Shown: one piece after another, positions 19,873-29,160 of the stretch
Position numbering within the stretch: the stretch's first letter is position 1
Layout of the letters: every line of letters starts with the position of its first letter
IMG/VR virus record: IMGVR_UViG_3300047322_000561
Location: 2,030 to 66,029 of that record
Origin: a virus
Taxonomy: Duplodnaviria; Caudoviricetes
DNA: 64,000 nucleotides
Direction: 5' to 3' (one strand)
The notes under the pieces: model-generated
Database searches by the model: none
What the model was told of the DNA's origin: nothing
Seen by the model: only the letters and a program-made list of their open reading frames with translations
Made by a program: the position numbers and the translations under genes

Positions 19873-20466
19873 ATGCGAAACATGCTCACGATGGTGTGCG
19901 TTCTCGCCGTGGCTGCATGTGCAGACGACCCGGCGACGAACGACAACGGCAACAGAACAGACGCGCCGGACGCAAGCACGCTTGTCGTGCTCGACGCTGC
20001 AAGCGACGCGCAGCAGACGCTCGAGCCAGACGCAGGCGCGCCAGACGCAGGCGCGCACGCGAGCGACGCGGGCGTGAGCGCAGGCGACGCGAGTGCGGGC
20101 GACGCGAGCGCAGACAGCAGCGTCGTAGCGCCTGCGCCAGTCGTGCTGACGCAGGCGTCTTATCAGCGGCTGTGGGACAGCACGCTCGCGTCGACGTGCT
20201 GGGACTGCCACACGTACGACGACCACCAGCCGCCGGTCATCGACTTCAGCCCCGGCTTCGGCGTGGACGTGCTCCTTCGCGCCTCGCGCTGCAACGGCAT
20301 GCCCTACGTGACACCTGGAGACCCGAGCCGGTCGCTGCTCTGGCGCGTCTTTCAGTCGGACGCGCCCTGCGGCGTGCACCCTGACACGCAGCGCTCGCCG
20401 CCGATGAAGCCGAGCAGGCTCGACCCGATCGCTGCGTGGATACGCGGCGAGCTCGAGACGCGCTAG
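19873..20466 (+). CDS. lipoprotein with c-type cytochrome domain
   Basis: Lipobox LAVAAC, DAG/DAS linker, CWDCH heme motif, VTPGDPSRSLL..M..I..WI.G pattern. Confidence 0.78.
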   Translation: MRNMLTMVCVLAVAACADDPATNDNGNRTDAPDASTLVVLDAASDAQQTLEPDAGAPDAGAHASDAGVSAGDASAGDASADSSVVAPAPVVLTQASYQRLWDSTLASTCWDCHTYDDHQPPVIDFSPGFGVDVLLRASRCNGMPYVTPGDPSRSLLWRVFQSDAPCGVHPDTQRSPPMKPSRLDPIAAWIRGELETR

Positions 20467-20566
20467 CCCGAGGGGGGTCACAAGAGCGATACCGCCCGCG
20501 CGCGGCGCCGGGGGCTTGTTACGGGTTCGCAGTCCTCTTGGGCATGCTCCCGCGCGAGGAGCCCCC

Positions 20567-20977
20567 ATGACGACGACTGCGCAGACGCGAGAGGCGTCGT
20601 ACGGCCCAGACCAAGCGCCCTACGCAGCCGCCTGCCTGCGCGGCGCCATGCGCGGCGAGCCCTACCCCATCACCGTGACCACGGCGAGTAAGCCCTTCGT
20701 GGTGCCCGACGCCTGGAAGGGCGCGCTCGTGCGCATCCAGGCCGAGACCGCCGACGTCTACTACGTCATCAGCGCCGACGCGACGCCAGCCGCCTGCGAC
20801 AAGGCAGCGCTCGCCACTGAGGCAGGCAGCCCGGCCGTGCTCACGGCGCCTGTGGGCGGCTGCGGGCGCATCGCCAAAGACCAGTGGCAGGACATTCCGT
20901 TCCCGAAGGGCGCGACGACGTTCGCGCTGCAGGGCTCGGTCGCGGGCGTTGCGCGCTGTCACCTCGCGGAGTCTTGA
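20567..20977 (+). CDS. hypothetical beta-rich protein
   Basis: GAGGAG RBS before ATG 20567; phage-like codon use. Confidence 0.65.
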   Translation: MTTTAQTREASYGPDQAPYAAACLRGAMRGEPYPITVTTASKPFVVPDAWKGALVRIQAETADVYYVISADATPAACDKAALATEAGSPAVLTAPVGGCGRIAKDQWQDIPFPKGATTFALQGSVAGVARCHLAES

Positions 20978-20980
20978 GCC

Positions 20981-23290
20981 GTGAGCCTTCGCCGCACGCG
21001 CGCGCGCTTTCGTCGCATCCCGGAGACCATGCGGCGCGCAGGACGCAGCGGCCCGGGCGGCAGTGGTGGCGGGCTCGGCGGCGGCAGCAGTGGCGGCGGC
21101 GGCGCCGACGTGGGGCTGGTCGCGCTGAGCAACTTCTCGGCGGCCAACTTCATGGCGACTGCGGCGGGCGGTGGCGAGGCGGGGGTTGATACCGGATTCG
21201 GCAACGTCACAGTGTTTCGGCTCAAGAGCCTTGGGACTGGGCCGGTCACGCTGCGCTCCGCGCTGCTCACGTCTGGCACGAACGGCGGCTGGCAGCAGTT
21301 TATCAGCGCGGCGAACGCCGTTAGTGGCGCCTATTGGCGTGGCAACTTGCTCCAAGGCGCGGGCTATCCGTTGGCGTTGTCCGACGTGGGTCGCGTCATC
21401 GTCTTGATCACCAGGATCACGGCGGCAGGAGGGCAGATCAAAACGCATGTCAGCAAGTTCAGCGCGGCTGACGTGGCGCTCGGCAGCTACGGCGCTGGAT
21501 CCCCTGCTCCTAGTGCCTTGGGCGCGTACCAGACTGGCGGGCAGCCCGCGACGAACGTGGAGATCCTAGCGGCGCTCGACTTTCGCGGCGTGCCGTCGCA
21601 GGCGCAGGTTGACGCGCTGTTCGACGCCATCCGCACCCGAGGCGACGTCCCCGACACGATGGACGGCGCCACTATCACGCATCGATGGAGCCTGCGCGAC
21701 GAGCTGCGCGGAACCGTCGTCGTCGACGGGCAGGCTGCGCCGGCGCAGCTGACGGACACGGTCACGAGCGCGCCGGTCGATGCGCTGCTCAAGGTCGGCG
21801 CCCCCACAGTGCGTAAGATCGACCCGACGATCGAGGGTCGGCGCACGCTGGGGGCGCAGGGGTTCAGCACAGCGAACTACCTCGCGAGCGTCATCGGCCA
21901 GGGCATTCTCGGGTCAGCGTCGGGGCATTTCGTTGCTGTTTCCCTGCGCTTCGATGTCCTGCCCACGGGCTCGCAAGACCTCGTCTCGTACGCCAACGCA
22001 GGCAGCAATGGATGGCAGTTTTACTGCACCGGCACGAACCTTCGGTTTTTCACAGACGCGGGCGGCAACAAAGCGAGCGCTTCGTACACGGTCACCGCCG
22101 CAGACGTCGGGGTGCCGCTGCTATTGATCGGCCAGTACACAGGCGCTGGCGTGCAGCTGTACGTGTGCCGTCCAGGCTCGCCATTGGCGCAGGTCGGGGC
22201 AGACACCGCGGGCACCGGCTACGCGCCCGCGACAGGCTCCGACATGCGCATCGGCGGGGTTGCAGGTCTCACGCAACCGTTTGTCACGGGCAGCGTGTTT
22301 GCGGTGTCTGGCGCGAGCGGAACGTTCTGCACGCTCGCCGAACTGACTGAGTTGTTTGCCGGGTGGGAGGCAACAGGACGCCTTCCACGCACAGCCAAGA
22401 CGCAGCACCTGTGGGACTTCACCACCGACATCCTCGCCAGCGGCGTCGACGCTGTGCCGGCTGTCGTGCTCGACCGCGTAGGAACAGACCACCTGACGCG
22501 CATGGGCGGTGTGTCGTCGGCTGGTGGGCTCACGCTCGCACAACGCGCCGAGCGCGTGTGGAGCTACGAGACCACGCCCATCCTCTACGGCGTCAACACG
22601 TTCACGGACGCGGACTTTTTCGGCTCGACGGACGGCGTGACAGGCAACGCGGCGGGCTGCTGGTTCGGCGTGCCGTTCGTGGTCGAGTCGCAGGTCGTCG
22701 CGTCGCAGACGCGCACGCTTATCGGCAAGGGCAGCGCAGGCACGGGCTGGGCGCTGAGCTCTGCGGGCACGAACAGCACGCTTGGCTGCGTGCTCTACAA
22801 CGGCGTCGGCTCGCCGATCGCGGGGCCTGTGATCGTCGTGGCTGCTGCAGACGTCGGCAAGCTGCTCCTGCTCATCATCAGCTGGGACGGCGCCGGGAAG
22901 ATTCACGGCTACGTCAAGCGCGCGGAGTCTGGGGCCGGCGCCAACATGACGGGGTTCACGCCTGCGCTGGCAGGCGACCCGTTCCGCATTGGGCGGCACC
23001 CCTTCACCGCAGGTCAGGCCGCCTCGGGCATTCGCATCCTCGGCTGCATGGGCGGCGCAGGCGTGCCGAGCTTGGCTGAGGTCTGCGCTGCGCACGATGC
23101 GCTGCTCGCGCTCGAGGACCTGGTCGAGATACCCGGCAAGACCGACTACCTGGTCAGCATCAAGCAGGACGTCGTCGCGAACGGCGGCGCGCTGCCCGCG
23201 ACGCTCGTCAACCGCAAGGGGGCCGGCGGCGTGACCAAGTCGGGCGCTCCTCAGCTCGCTCCGATCTACGCCCGCGCAGCGGGCTGGTAA
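20981..23290 (+). CDS. Gly/Ala-rich protein with three ConA/LamG-like repeats (putative adhesin or decoration protein)
   Basis: Three units starting FSAANF / FSTANY / FTDADF, each with GW, DVG and terminal D..G motifs. Confidence 0.6.
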   Translation: MSLRRTRARFRRIPETMRRAGRSGPGGSGGGLGGGSSGGGGADVGLVALSNFSAANFMATAAGGGEAGVDTGFGNVTVFRLKSLGTGPVTLRSALLTSGTNGGWQQFISAANAVSGAYWRGNLLQGAGYPLALSDVGRVIVLITRITAAGGQIKTHVSKFSAADVALGSYGAGSPAPSALGAYQTGGQPATNVEILAALDFRGVPSQAQVDALFDAIRTRGDVPDTMDGATITHRWSLRDELRGTVVVDGQAAPAQLTDTVTSAPVDALLKVGAPTVRKIDPTIEGRRTLGAQGFSTANYLASVIGQGILGSASGHFVAVSLRFDVLPTGSQDLVSYANAGSNGWQFYCTGTNLRFFTDAGGNKASASYTVTAADVGVPLLLIGQYTGAGVQLYVCRPGSPLAQVGADTAGTGYAPATGSDMRIGGVAGLTQPFVTGSVFAVSGASGTFCTLAELTELFAGWEATGRLPRTAKTQHLWDFTTDILASGVDAVPAVVLDRVGTDHLTRMGGVSSAGGLTLAQRAERVWSYETTPILYGVNTFTDADFFGSTDGVTGNAAGCWFGVPFVVESQVVASQTRTLIGKGSAGTGWALSSAGTNSTLGCVLYNGVGSPIAGPVIVVAAADVGKLLLLIISWDGAGKIHGYVKRAESGAGANMTGFTPALAGDPFRIGRHPFTAGQAASGIRILGCMGGAGVPSLAEVCAAHDALLALEDLVEIPGKTDYLVSIKQDVVANGGALPATLVNRKGAGGVTKSGAPQLAPIYARAAGW

Positions 23291-23309
23291 CGGCGAAAGG
23301 ACTGCGCCC

Positions 23310-23813
23310 ATGGAACGCGAAGAGCTCACGCCAGAAGACCGCGCCAAGTGCGACGAGTTCATGGCCACGTATGAATACTTCGACGCGGACGGCCTCGTGT
23401 ACGAGGGCTCAAACCTCGTCATCGGCGACCAGCTGGAGATCGACCACGCCTGGCGCGGCGAGGTGCTCGGCGGCGAGACCGGCCTGGTCTGGTTCGTCAT
23501 CCCGGCCTGGGGCGCGCCCATCTTTCCGATCGACCTGATCGACTACGTCTCTGACCGCATCGGCCCCAACGGCGAGACGATGCCCATCTTTGACGAGCCC
23601 GAGATCAACCCGCAGTGCGGGCCTTCCGTGGCCGCAGCGATGGCTCGGACCAAGCCGCGCCGCCCCTTCGCAGAGGTCCTGCGCGACGCACTGCGACGAC
23701 TGGCGCCGGCAGACGAGCACAGGGCGCTGCTCCAGCTCGCCAAGCACGGCGTGCTGGACTGCCACAAGCAAAAGACGCGCAGGCACCCGCACCCGCACGG
23801 AGGCCACAAATGA
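23310..23813 (+). CDS. hypothetical protein
   Basis: AAGGA RBS; ATGA overlap with next gene. Confidence 0.6.
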   Translation: MEREELTPEDRAKCDEFMATYEYFDADGLVYEGSNLVIGDQLEIDHAWRGEVLGGETGLVWFVIPAWGAPIFPIDLIDYVSDRIGPNGETMPIFDEPEINPQCGPSVAAAMARTKPRRPFAEVLRDALRRLAPADEHRALLQLAKHGVLDCHKQKTRRHPHPHGGHK

Positions 23814-25174
23814 AGCTCATCCTCTGGCTGTTCCTGGCGCTGAGTCTCGCTGCTGTCGCGCGCGCGCAGACGGCGACCGTCACCCTCACCTGCCCGGCCG
23901 GACCGCCCGTCGTTGTCGTTGACGGCGGCGCGCTGCCACCGACAGACGCAGGCGTGCCGCCCGTTGCAGACGCAGGCGTGCCGCCTGTCGTGGACAGCGG
24001 CGTGCCTCCCATCCGTGACGCAGGCGGACCGCCGCCCTCGGGCGAGCGCCCGTCCGCGTCCAAGGGCAAGGGCTTCTACGTGGTCGGCCCGCGCCTGTAC
24101 GACGGCAACGGGCATGAGTTTCGGATGCGCGGGACCAACAAGACCCATCAGGACAACTGGGGACCGGGCCTCGGCAAGACGCGTAGCAACACAACGCGCT
24201 GGCTGGTTTACTTCAAGGACGACCCAGACCGCACGATCGCAGACATGCAGTCGCCCAACATCGGCGGCTCGACCACCAACGGCCTCGCAGCGCAGGTGCC
24301 CGGCTACTGGGACGGCACGTGCAAGAGCGACGCGAACACCTTCGAGACGATGGTCGCGCGCTGGGTACGCGACGCAAAGAAGTACCAGACGTTCGAGAAG
24401 TACATGGTCCTGAACATCGCCAACGAGTGGGGCAGCGATCACAGGGCGTGGCGCGATGCGTACGTCTCTGCGCTGCCGCGCATCAGGAGCGCGGGCTGGC
24501 ACGGCGCGATCATGGTCGACGCACCGGGCTGCGGGCAGGACGCTGCGGCGATCGTCGAGTACGGCGCTGCGGTGTTCGCTGCGGACCCTGAGAAGAACGT
24601 CATGTTCGACTGGCACATCTACGGCAACGTGTCGGACCCTGCCGGCGGCGTGCCGCCTGCGTACGGCGGGCAGCTCGAGCTCGTGCCGACGATGGACGCG
24701 CTACGCGACACGGGGCTTGCGGTCATCGTGGGCGAGTTCGGGCCGGGCAGAAACATCGGCCCGTCGCCGACCATGGTCACGCCGCAGCGCATCATCACGG
24801 TCAGCGAGCAGCACGGCATCGGCTGGCTCAGCTGGAGCTGGGAGGACAACGACCAGGCGAATGCGAAGTGCTCGAACACCAGCTTCTGCCACGTCTACGA
24901 CACGCTGAGCGCGTCGATTGCGCCGAGCAACCTGACTGACTTCGGCGGCATCATGGTCGCGCAGTGGGACCAGCTCGCGACGCCTGCGACCATCTTCACG
25001 TCGCAGCAAAAAGGCTGGACCTGGTACGACTACGTGCTGCTCGGCATCCCGGTCGCCGTCGTGCTCATCGCAAGCCTGCTTGTGCGACACCACTACATGC
25101 GCAGCAGGAAGCGCGCAGCAGCTCGAGCGCGGCACAGAGAAGAGCTCGACCGCGTCATCGACAGCGACGATTGA
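23810..25174 (+). CDS. secreted, membrane-anchored GH5 glycoside hydrolase (mannanase-like)
   Basis: Signal peptide, PPxDAG linker, LYDGNG.EF.MRG.N, NIANEW, HIY, IVGEFG, GWLSWSW; C-terminal TM helix plus basic tail. Confidence 0.88.
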   Translation: MKLILWLFLALSLAAVARAQTATVTLTCPAGPPVVVVDGGALPPTDAGVPPVADAGVPPVVDSGVPPIRDAGGPPPSGERPSASKGKGFYVVGPRLYDGNGHEFRMRGTNKTHQDNWGPGLGKTRSNTTRWLVYFKDDPDRTIADMQSPNIGGSTTNGLAAQVPGYWDGTCKSDANTFETMVARWVRDAKKYQTFEKYMVLNIANEWGSDHRAWRDAYVSALPRIRSAGWHGAIMVDAPGCGQDAAAIVEYGAAVFAADPEKNVMFDWHIYGNVSDPAGGVPPAYGGQLELVPTMDALRDTGLAVIVGEFGPGRNIGPSPTMVTPQRIITVSEQHGIGWLSWSWEDNDQANAKCSNTSFCHVYDTLSASIAPSNLTDFGGIMVAQWDQLATPATIFTSQQKGWTWYDYVLLGIPVAVVLIASLLVRHHYMRSRKRAAARARHREELDRVIDSDD

Positions 25175-25330
25175 CATCCTCCCTGCCCCTTACGGGGCGG
25201 GGATTCCTGAGCCTCGCGACTCAAGCTTCTGCTTCGCAGCCGACCGCACCGCACCCCGGAGGGCACGTTGACTAACACCAGCTCCACAGACATTCGCACG
25301 GTCGCCCGTGCTCACCGCCAGCCCGGCGGC
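25150..25330 (-). ncRNA. TnpB omega/reRNA scaffold plus flank-derived guide (limits approximate)
   Basis: Established arrangement: RNA overlaps the tnpB 3' end and right-end hairpin; guide begins after TCAA, at 25170. Confidence 0.6.
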
Positions 25331-26440
25331 ACATATGTTCTTGGCAGCGTTGTGGTCGCGGTCGTGCTCTGCGCCGCAGCCCTCGCAGCGCCAGTTGCGC
25401 ACGCTGAGATCGAGACGCTCGAGCACGAGGCCACACGCGCTGCAGGTCTTGCTGCTCGGGAACCAGCGGTCGACTTTGACGAGCTCGCGCCCGTACCAGT
25501 CGCACTTGTACTCGAGCTGCCTCACGAGCTCCGACCAGCCGGCGTCGCTGATGCTGCGCGCGAGCGACCGATTGCGGACCATGCCCCTTACGTTGAGATC
25601 CTCGACTACGATCGCTTGGTTTTCGCGAACGAGTCGAGTGCTCAGCTTGGACAGGTGGTCCCTACGTCGGTCAGCCACATGAGCATGCAGACGCGCCAGC
25701 TTGCGCCGGGCTTTGTCTCGGTTGCGAGAGCCTTTCTTGGTTCGGGCGTAGCGCCGCGAGAGCACGCGCTTGCGTGCGAGCTCTCGGTTATCGTGGCGTG
25801 GGTTGACGATGTGCTCGCCGGTCGAGAGCGTGACGAGGATGTTCAGTCCGACGTCGATGCCGACCGCAGTCTTGAGCTTGGGCAGCTTCTTGATGCTCGG
25901 GTCGTCGCAGAGCATCGAGATGTGCCAGCGACCCGCGCCGTCGACGCTCACCGTCACCGTGGACGGCTCAGCGCCTTCGGGCAGCGGGCGCGACCAGCGA
26001 ATGTCGAGCGGCGCGTCCATCTTGGCCAGGTACAGCTGGCCGTCCCGCATGCGAAAGGCGCTGCGCGTATAGCTCGCGGAGCCGCCGCTGCGACGCTTCT
26101 TGAAACTCGGGTACTTGGCGCGCTTGGCGAAGAAGTTGGAGTACGCGGTCTGCAGGTGTCGCAGCGTCTGCTGCAACGGCACGCTCGACACCTCGTTGAG
26201 GAATGCCAAGTCGTCGGTCTTCTTCCATGCCGTCAGTTGTCGATCCTGCTCGGCGTATCCGACGTTCTTCTTTCCGCTAGTCCAGGCTTCGCTCCGCTGA
26301 TGCAGCGCCTTGTTGTAGACGAGGCGGCAGCACCCGAGAGTGCGGCGCAGCATCGACGCCTGCTCGGGAGTCGGCTCGAAGCGATAGCGGAAGGCCCGAA
26401 GCACGCTCACAGGATACGACGGCGCTCTGTAAGCGCAAGC
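25171..26440 (-). mobile_element. IS200/IS605-family (IS1341-type) element, tnpB only
   Basis: Right end on minus strand GGAATCCCCGCCCCGTAAGGGGCAGGGAGGATGTCAA; no tnpA; left boundary approximate. Confidence 0.8.
25190..26410 (-). CDS. tnpB: RNA-guided endonuclease TnpB
   Basis: AFRYRFEPTPEQ..LGCCRLVYN, GIDVG, VEDL, CSAC/CEGC zinc finger, DRDHNAAKNI; D-E-D triad intact. Confidence 0.96.
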   Translation of the reverse strand: MSVLRAFRYRFEPTPEQASMLRRTLGCCRLVYNKALHQRSEAWTSGKKNVGYAEQDRQLTAWKKTDDLAFLNEVSSVPLQQTLRHLQTAYSNFFAKRAKYPSFKKRRSGGSASYTRSAFRMRDGQLYLAKMDAPLDIRWSRPLPEGAEPSTVTVSVDGAGRWHISMLCDDPSIKKLPKLKTAVGIDVGLNILVTLSTGEHIVNPRHDNRELARKRVLSRRYARTKKGSRNRDKARRKLARLHAHVADRRRDHLSKLSTRLVRENQAIVVEDLNVRGMVRNRSLARSISDAGWSELVRQLEYKCDWYGRELVKVDRWFPSSKTCSACGLVLERLDLSVRNWRCEGCGAEHDRDHNAAKNICAAGLAVSTGDRANVCGAGVSQRALRGAVRSAAKQKLESRGSGIPAP

Positions 26441-26451
26441 CAGACTGCTTC

Positions 26452-26715
26452 GTGATGCGCAAGAACCTGCGCGTGCTGTACCGCGACGGCGAGCCGCTCC
26501 CGGCCTGGGGCGAGAGCGAGGGCGCCGAGCTGCACGCGTTCGTCGACCGGGCGCTGTGCTCGAGCGACAGCATCGCAGTCGTGGCGCTGCACCGCGACGA
26601 GCAGGGCGCGCGCGTCGTCAAGTTTCGCCGCATGCAGCGCGGCGTACGCACGTCCATCTACGAGCTTGCCGGCGCGCTGCAGGCAGCGATCGCGGACTGG
26701 TTCGACGGCGACTAG
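26452..26715 (+). CDS. hypothetical protein
   Basis: ORF with phage-like codon use. Confidence 0.55.
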   Translation: MMRKNLRVLYRDGEPLPAWGESEGAELHAFVDRALCSSDSIAVVALHRDEQGARVVKFRRMQRGVRTSIYELAGALQAAIADWFDGD

Positions 26716-26802
26716 GGGTTTCCCGAAGCACCGGGTCGCACCGGCAGAGAGCGCCCTCCCCTCTGCGGGAAATGGGAGGGCAACTTGAAAGGGCACGCAA
26801 GC

Positions 26803-27252
26803 GTGAGGCACGAAGACTTCGAGACGCGTCGCGCGCTGTACGCCTCGAGCGGTGTGCTGCTCGACTCCGAGCACGGGCGGGTGCGGGTGGTCGAGCCGTT
26901 CGACCGGCCCGTCGTCGCGCTGGGCGCCGTGAGCGCGTGCGCGGTGCGCATCGACCTGACGCTGTGCCTGCGCGCCGTGCGGAACGAGCTCGGGCCTGCG
27001 CCGTGCGCCTGGTGCAAGCGGTCGCGCGGCTGGCTCTACTGTCGCGAGCACGAGTTCGCCGAGGCGCTCGAGCGTGCCGCGCGCTGCGTGACCGACCAGG
27101 GCCGCGCCTGGGACTGGGCGTATGCACTCGGGTACCGCCACTCCGATGCGCGCTACGCGTCAGGTCACTGGACGGGCGAGCCGGCAGCCTACGTGCGGGG
27201 CTGCAGCGATGACGCGGGCGACTACGCGCGCGCTGTCTGGGAGCTGCTCTGA
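26803..27252 (+). CDS. hypothetical protein with Cys motif
   Basis: CAWC..CREH; GTG after AAGGG. Confidence 0.55.
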   Translation: MRHEDFETRRALYASSGVLLDSEHGRVRVVEPFDRPVVALGAVSACAVRIDLTLCLRAVRNELGPAPCAWCKRSRGWLYCREHEFAEALERAARCVTDQGRAWDWAYALGYRHSDARYASGHWTGEPAAYVRGCSDDAGDYARAVWELL

Positions 27253-27254
27253 GC

Positions 27255-27572
27255 ATGGCCTTCCGCGACCTCAAAGCCATCGGCGAGATGTTCCACGAGC
27301 TCAGCCAGGGGGCGCTCGAGCAGGCGCACTACGACGCGTACCAGCGCAAGCTCGCTTATAAGCGCGAGTGGTACCGGTTCAATCGACAGCGCGTCTGCGC
27401 TCATCAGCACAGGTACTACCGCGCCAACAAGCCGCGCATCAACGCCTACGACCAGGCGCGCAAGAACACCGACTTTGCGCGCGCGCGACGTCGACAGCGC
27501 TACCGCGCCGACCGCGAGCGCATCCTCGCGAGCCAGCGTGCGCGCTACCAGAAACAAAGGACCCGACCATGA
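27255..27572 (+). CDS. basic Arg/Tyr-rich helical protein
   Basis: Repeated R.YY.AN-type pattern. Confidence 0.6.
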   Translation: MAFRDLKAIGEMFHELSQGALEQAHYDAYQRKLAYKREWYRFNRQRVCAHQHRYYRANKPRINAYDQARKNTDFARARRRQRYRADRERILASQRARYQKQRTRP

Positions 27573-27727
27573 ACAGTCATCTTTACGAGTGGAGTCTCTT
27601 CGCGTTCTGCACGACGGTGCTCGCGATCTACTTCGGCCTTCCGCAGCCGCTCGGGCGCGCGGTCGCCGCGGTGTTCTGGTTTCTGATGCTGCTGTGCCTG
27701 ATCTTCAGAAAGCAGCTGGACTCATGA
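27569..27727 (+). CDS. small two-TM membrane protein
   Basis: 52 aa, two hydrophobic stretches, overlap-coupled on both sides. Confidence 0.55.
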   Translation: MNSHLYEWSLFAFCTTVLAIYFGLPQPLGRAVAAVFWFLMLLCLIFRKQLDS

Positions 27728-28995
27728 GCAGGGCCGCAGCGCGCAAGCAGGAGCCCGAGCAGCAACTCGTCGTCGTGTACCGACCGCTGGCAGACTTGAT
27801 CCCCTACGCTCGCAATTCGCGCGTGCACAGTGATGCGCAAATCGCCCAAATCGCAGCGTCGATCAGGGAGTTCTCGTTCACCAACCCGGTGCTGACCGAC
27901 GAGCTCGGCGGCATCATCGCGGGGCATGGGCGCGTGCTGGCCGCGCGGCAGCTGGGGCTTGAGCAGGTGCCGTGCATCATGCTCGTCGGCCTCTCCGAGG
28001 TGCAGAAGCGGGCGTACGTCATCGCGGACAACAAGCTCGCGCTCAACGCTGGCTGGGACGAGGAGCTGCTCGCGGTCGAGCTGCAAGGGCTCGCAGACGA
28101 CGGCTTCGACTTTGCGCTGACGGGCTTCGACCAGGGCGAGCTCGACGCGCTGCTCAAGCAGGTGGCGCCCGACCAGCCTGACCCGAGCGACGACAGCGAC
28201 GACGTGCCCGAGCCGCCCAAGAACCCGGTCACCAAGCCAGGCGACGTCTGGCAGCTCGGGCGGCACCTGCTCGTCTGCGGCGATGCGACCGACGCTGCGA
28301 CCTGGCGCAAGCTGCCGATCGTCGACGCAGTGTTCACGTCCCCGCCGTATGCGCTGGGAATATACGCAGGCAAACTGCGGGCGCCGAACGGAACTGGCGA
28401 TCTACGCAGCGCATATCCAGACTTCGAGGACACGCCTGAACAATGGCCAGCAATGATGCACTCGTTCACGACCCACGCGCTGGAGCGCGCCTCTCTCTTG
28501 GCGGTGAACGTGCAGAGCTTGGCCGGCAACAAGCGAGCGCTCCTGCGCTGGGCGGCGCACTTCGCCGACCACCTCGTCGACCTCGCAGTGTGGGTCAAGG
28601 ACAACAGCCAGCCGGCCATGAACCCGGGCGTGCTCAACAGCCTGTTCGAGCTGCTCTACCTGTACGGGCCCAGCGGCTCGACGCGTGCGCTACCGTTCGC
28701 GGACTTTCGAGGCACAGTGACGAACGTGTACAACGGCCCGGCAGCGCGCGCGTCCGACAAGGTCAGCGACGAGCACGGCGCAGTCTTTCCGATGCACTTG
28801 CCGACGTTCGTCATGCGCGACCTGGCGAGCCAGGCCAAGACCTGGATCGACTGCTTCGCGGGCACGGGCACGAGCATCAGCTGCGCCGAGCAGCTGGGCC
28901 GCACGTGCCACGGCATCGAACTGTCGCCTGCGTACTGCGACGTAATAGTTCAGCGCTGGGAGACGCTTACCGGGCTGCAGGCAACGCGCGGCTGA
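27724..28995 (+). CDS. ParB-like domain + amino-methyltransferase (beta class, probably m4C)
   Basis: LIPYARNSRVH..IIAGHGR..ADNKL; TSPPY motif IV; DCFAGTGT motif I; GIELSPAYCDVI. Confidence 0.92.
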   Translation: MSRAAARKQEPEQQLVVVYRPLADLIPYARNSRVHSDAQIAQIAASIREFSFTNPVLTDELGGIIAGHGRVLAARQLGLEQVPCIMLVGLSEVQKRAYVIADNKLALNAGWDEELLAVELQGLADDGFDFALTGFDQGELDALLKQVAPDQPDPSDDSDDVPEPPKNPVTKPGDVWQLGRHLLVCGDATDAATWRKLPIVDAVFTSPPYALGIYAGKLRAPNGTGDLRSAYPDFEDTPEQWPAMMHSFTTHALERASLLAVNVQSLAGNKRALLRWAAHFADHLVDLAVWVKDNSQPAMNPGVLNSLFELLYLYGPSGSTRALPFADFRGTVTNVYNGPAARASDKVSDEHGAVFPMHLPTFVMRDLASQAKTWIDCFAGTGTSISCAEQLGRTCHGIELSPAYCDVIVQRWETLTGLQATRG

Positions 28996-29008
28996 GCCCG
29001 CCAGGAGC

Positions 29009-29140
29009 CGCCCTCGCGCCTGCGTGCGCCGCCCTGAGCGCGAGGGCGTGCGCGCCTACGGCCGGCAGCTCGGAGCGCCGCGTGCTGGCGCCAGACGCGA
29101 GCGCGCCCCGCTGGGCGCAAGGCTCGGCGGGGCGCGCTTG
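29009..29140. terminator. two GC hairpins between convergent operons
   Basis: cgccctcgcgc/gcgcgagggcg and agcgcgccccgc/gcggggcgcgct inverted repeats. Confidence 0.5.
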
Positions 29141-29160
29141 GTGGGTTGGTGGTGGGCGGG

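Noticed and set aside
23615-23809. Upstream extensions given by the ORF track for GH5 and several other genes
   Set aside because: RBS position, the signal peptide and stop/start overlaps support the downstream starts used here.
25268-26455. 395-aa + strand ORF opposite tnpB
   Set aside because: Antisense shadow of a clear tnpB with no motifs of its own.
27724-28995. ParB-MTase as the partner of ParA or as part of a restriction-modification system
   Set aside because: ParB-MTase fusions are common orphan phage genes; no cognate restriction enzyme is adjacent and ParA has its own RHH partner.
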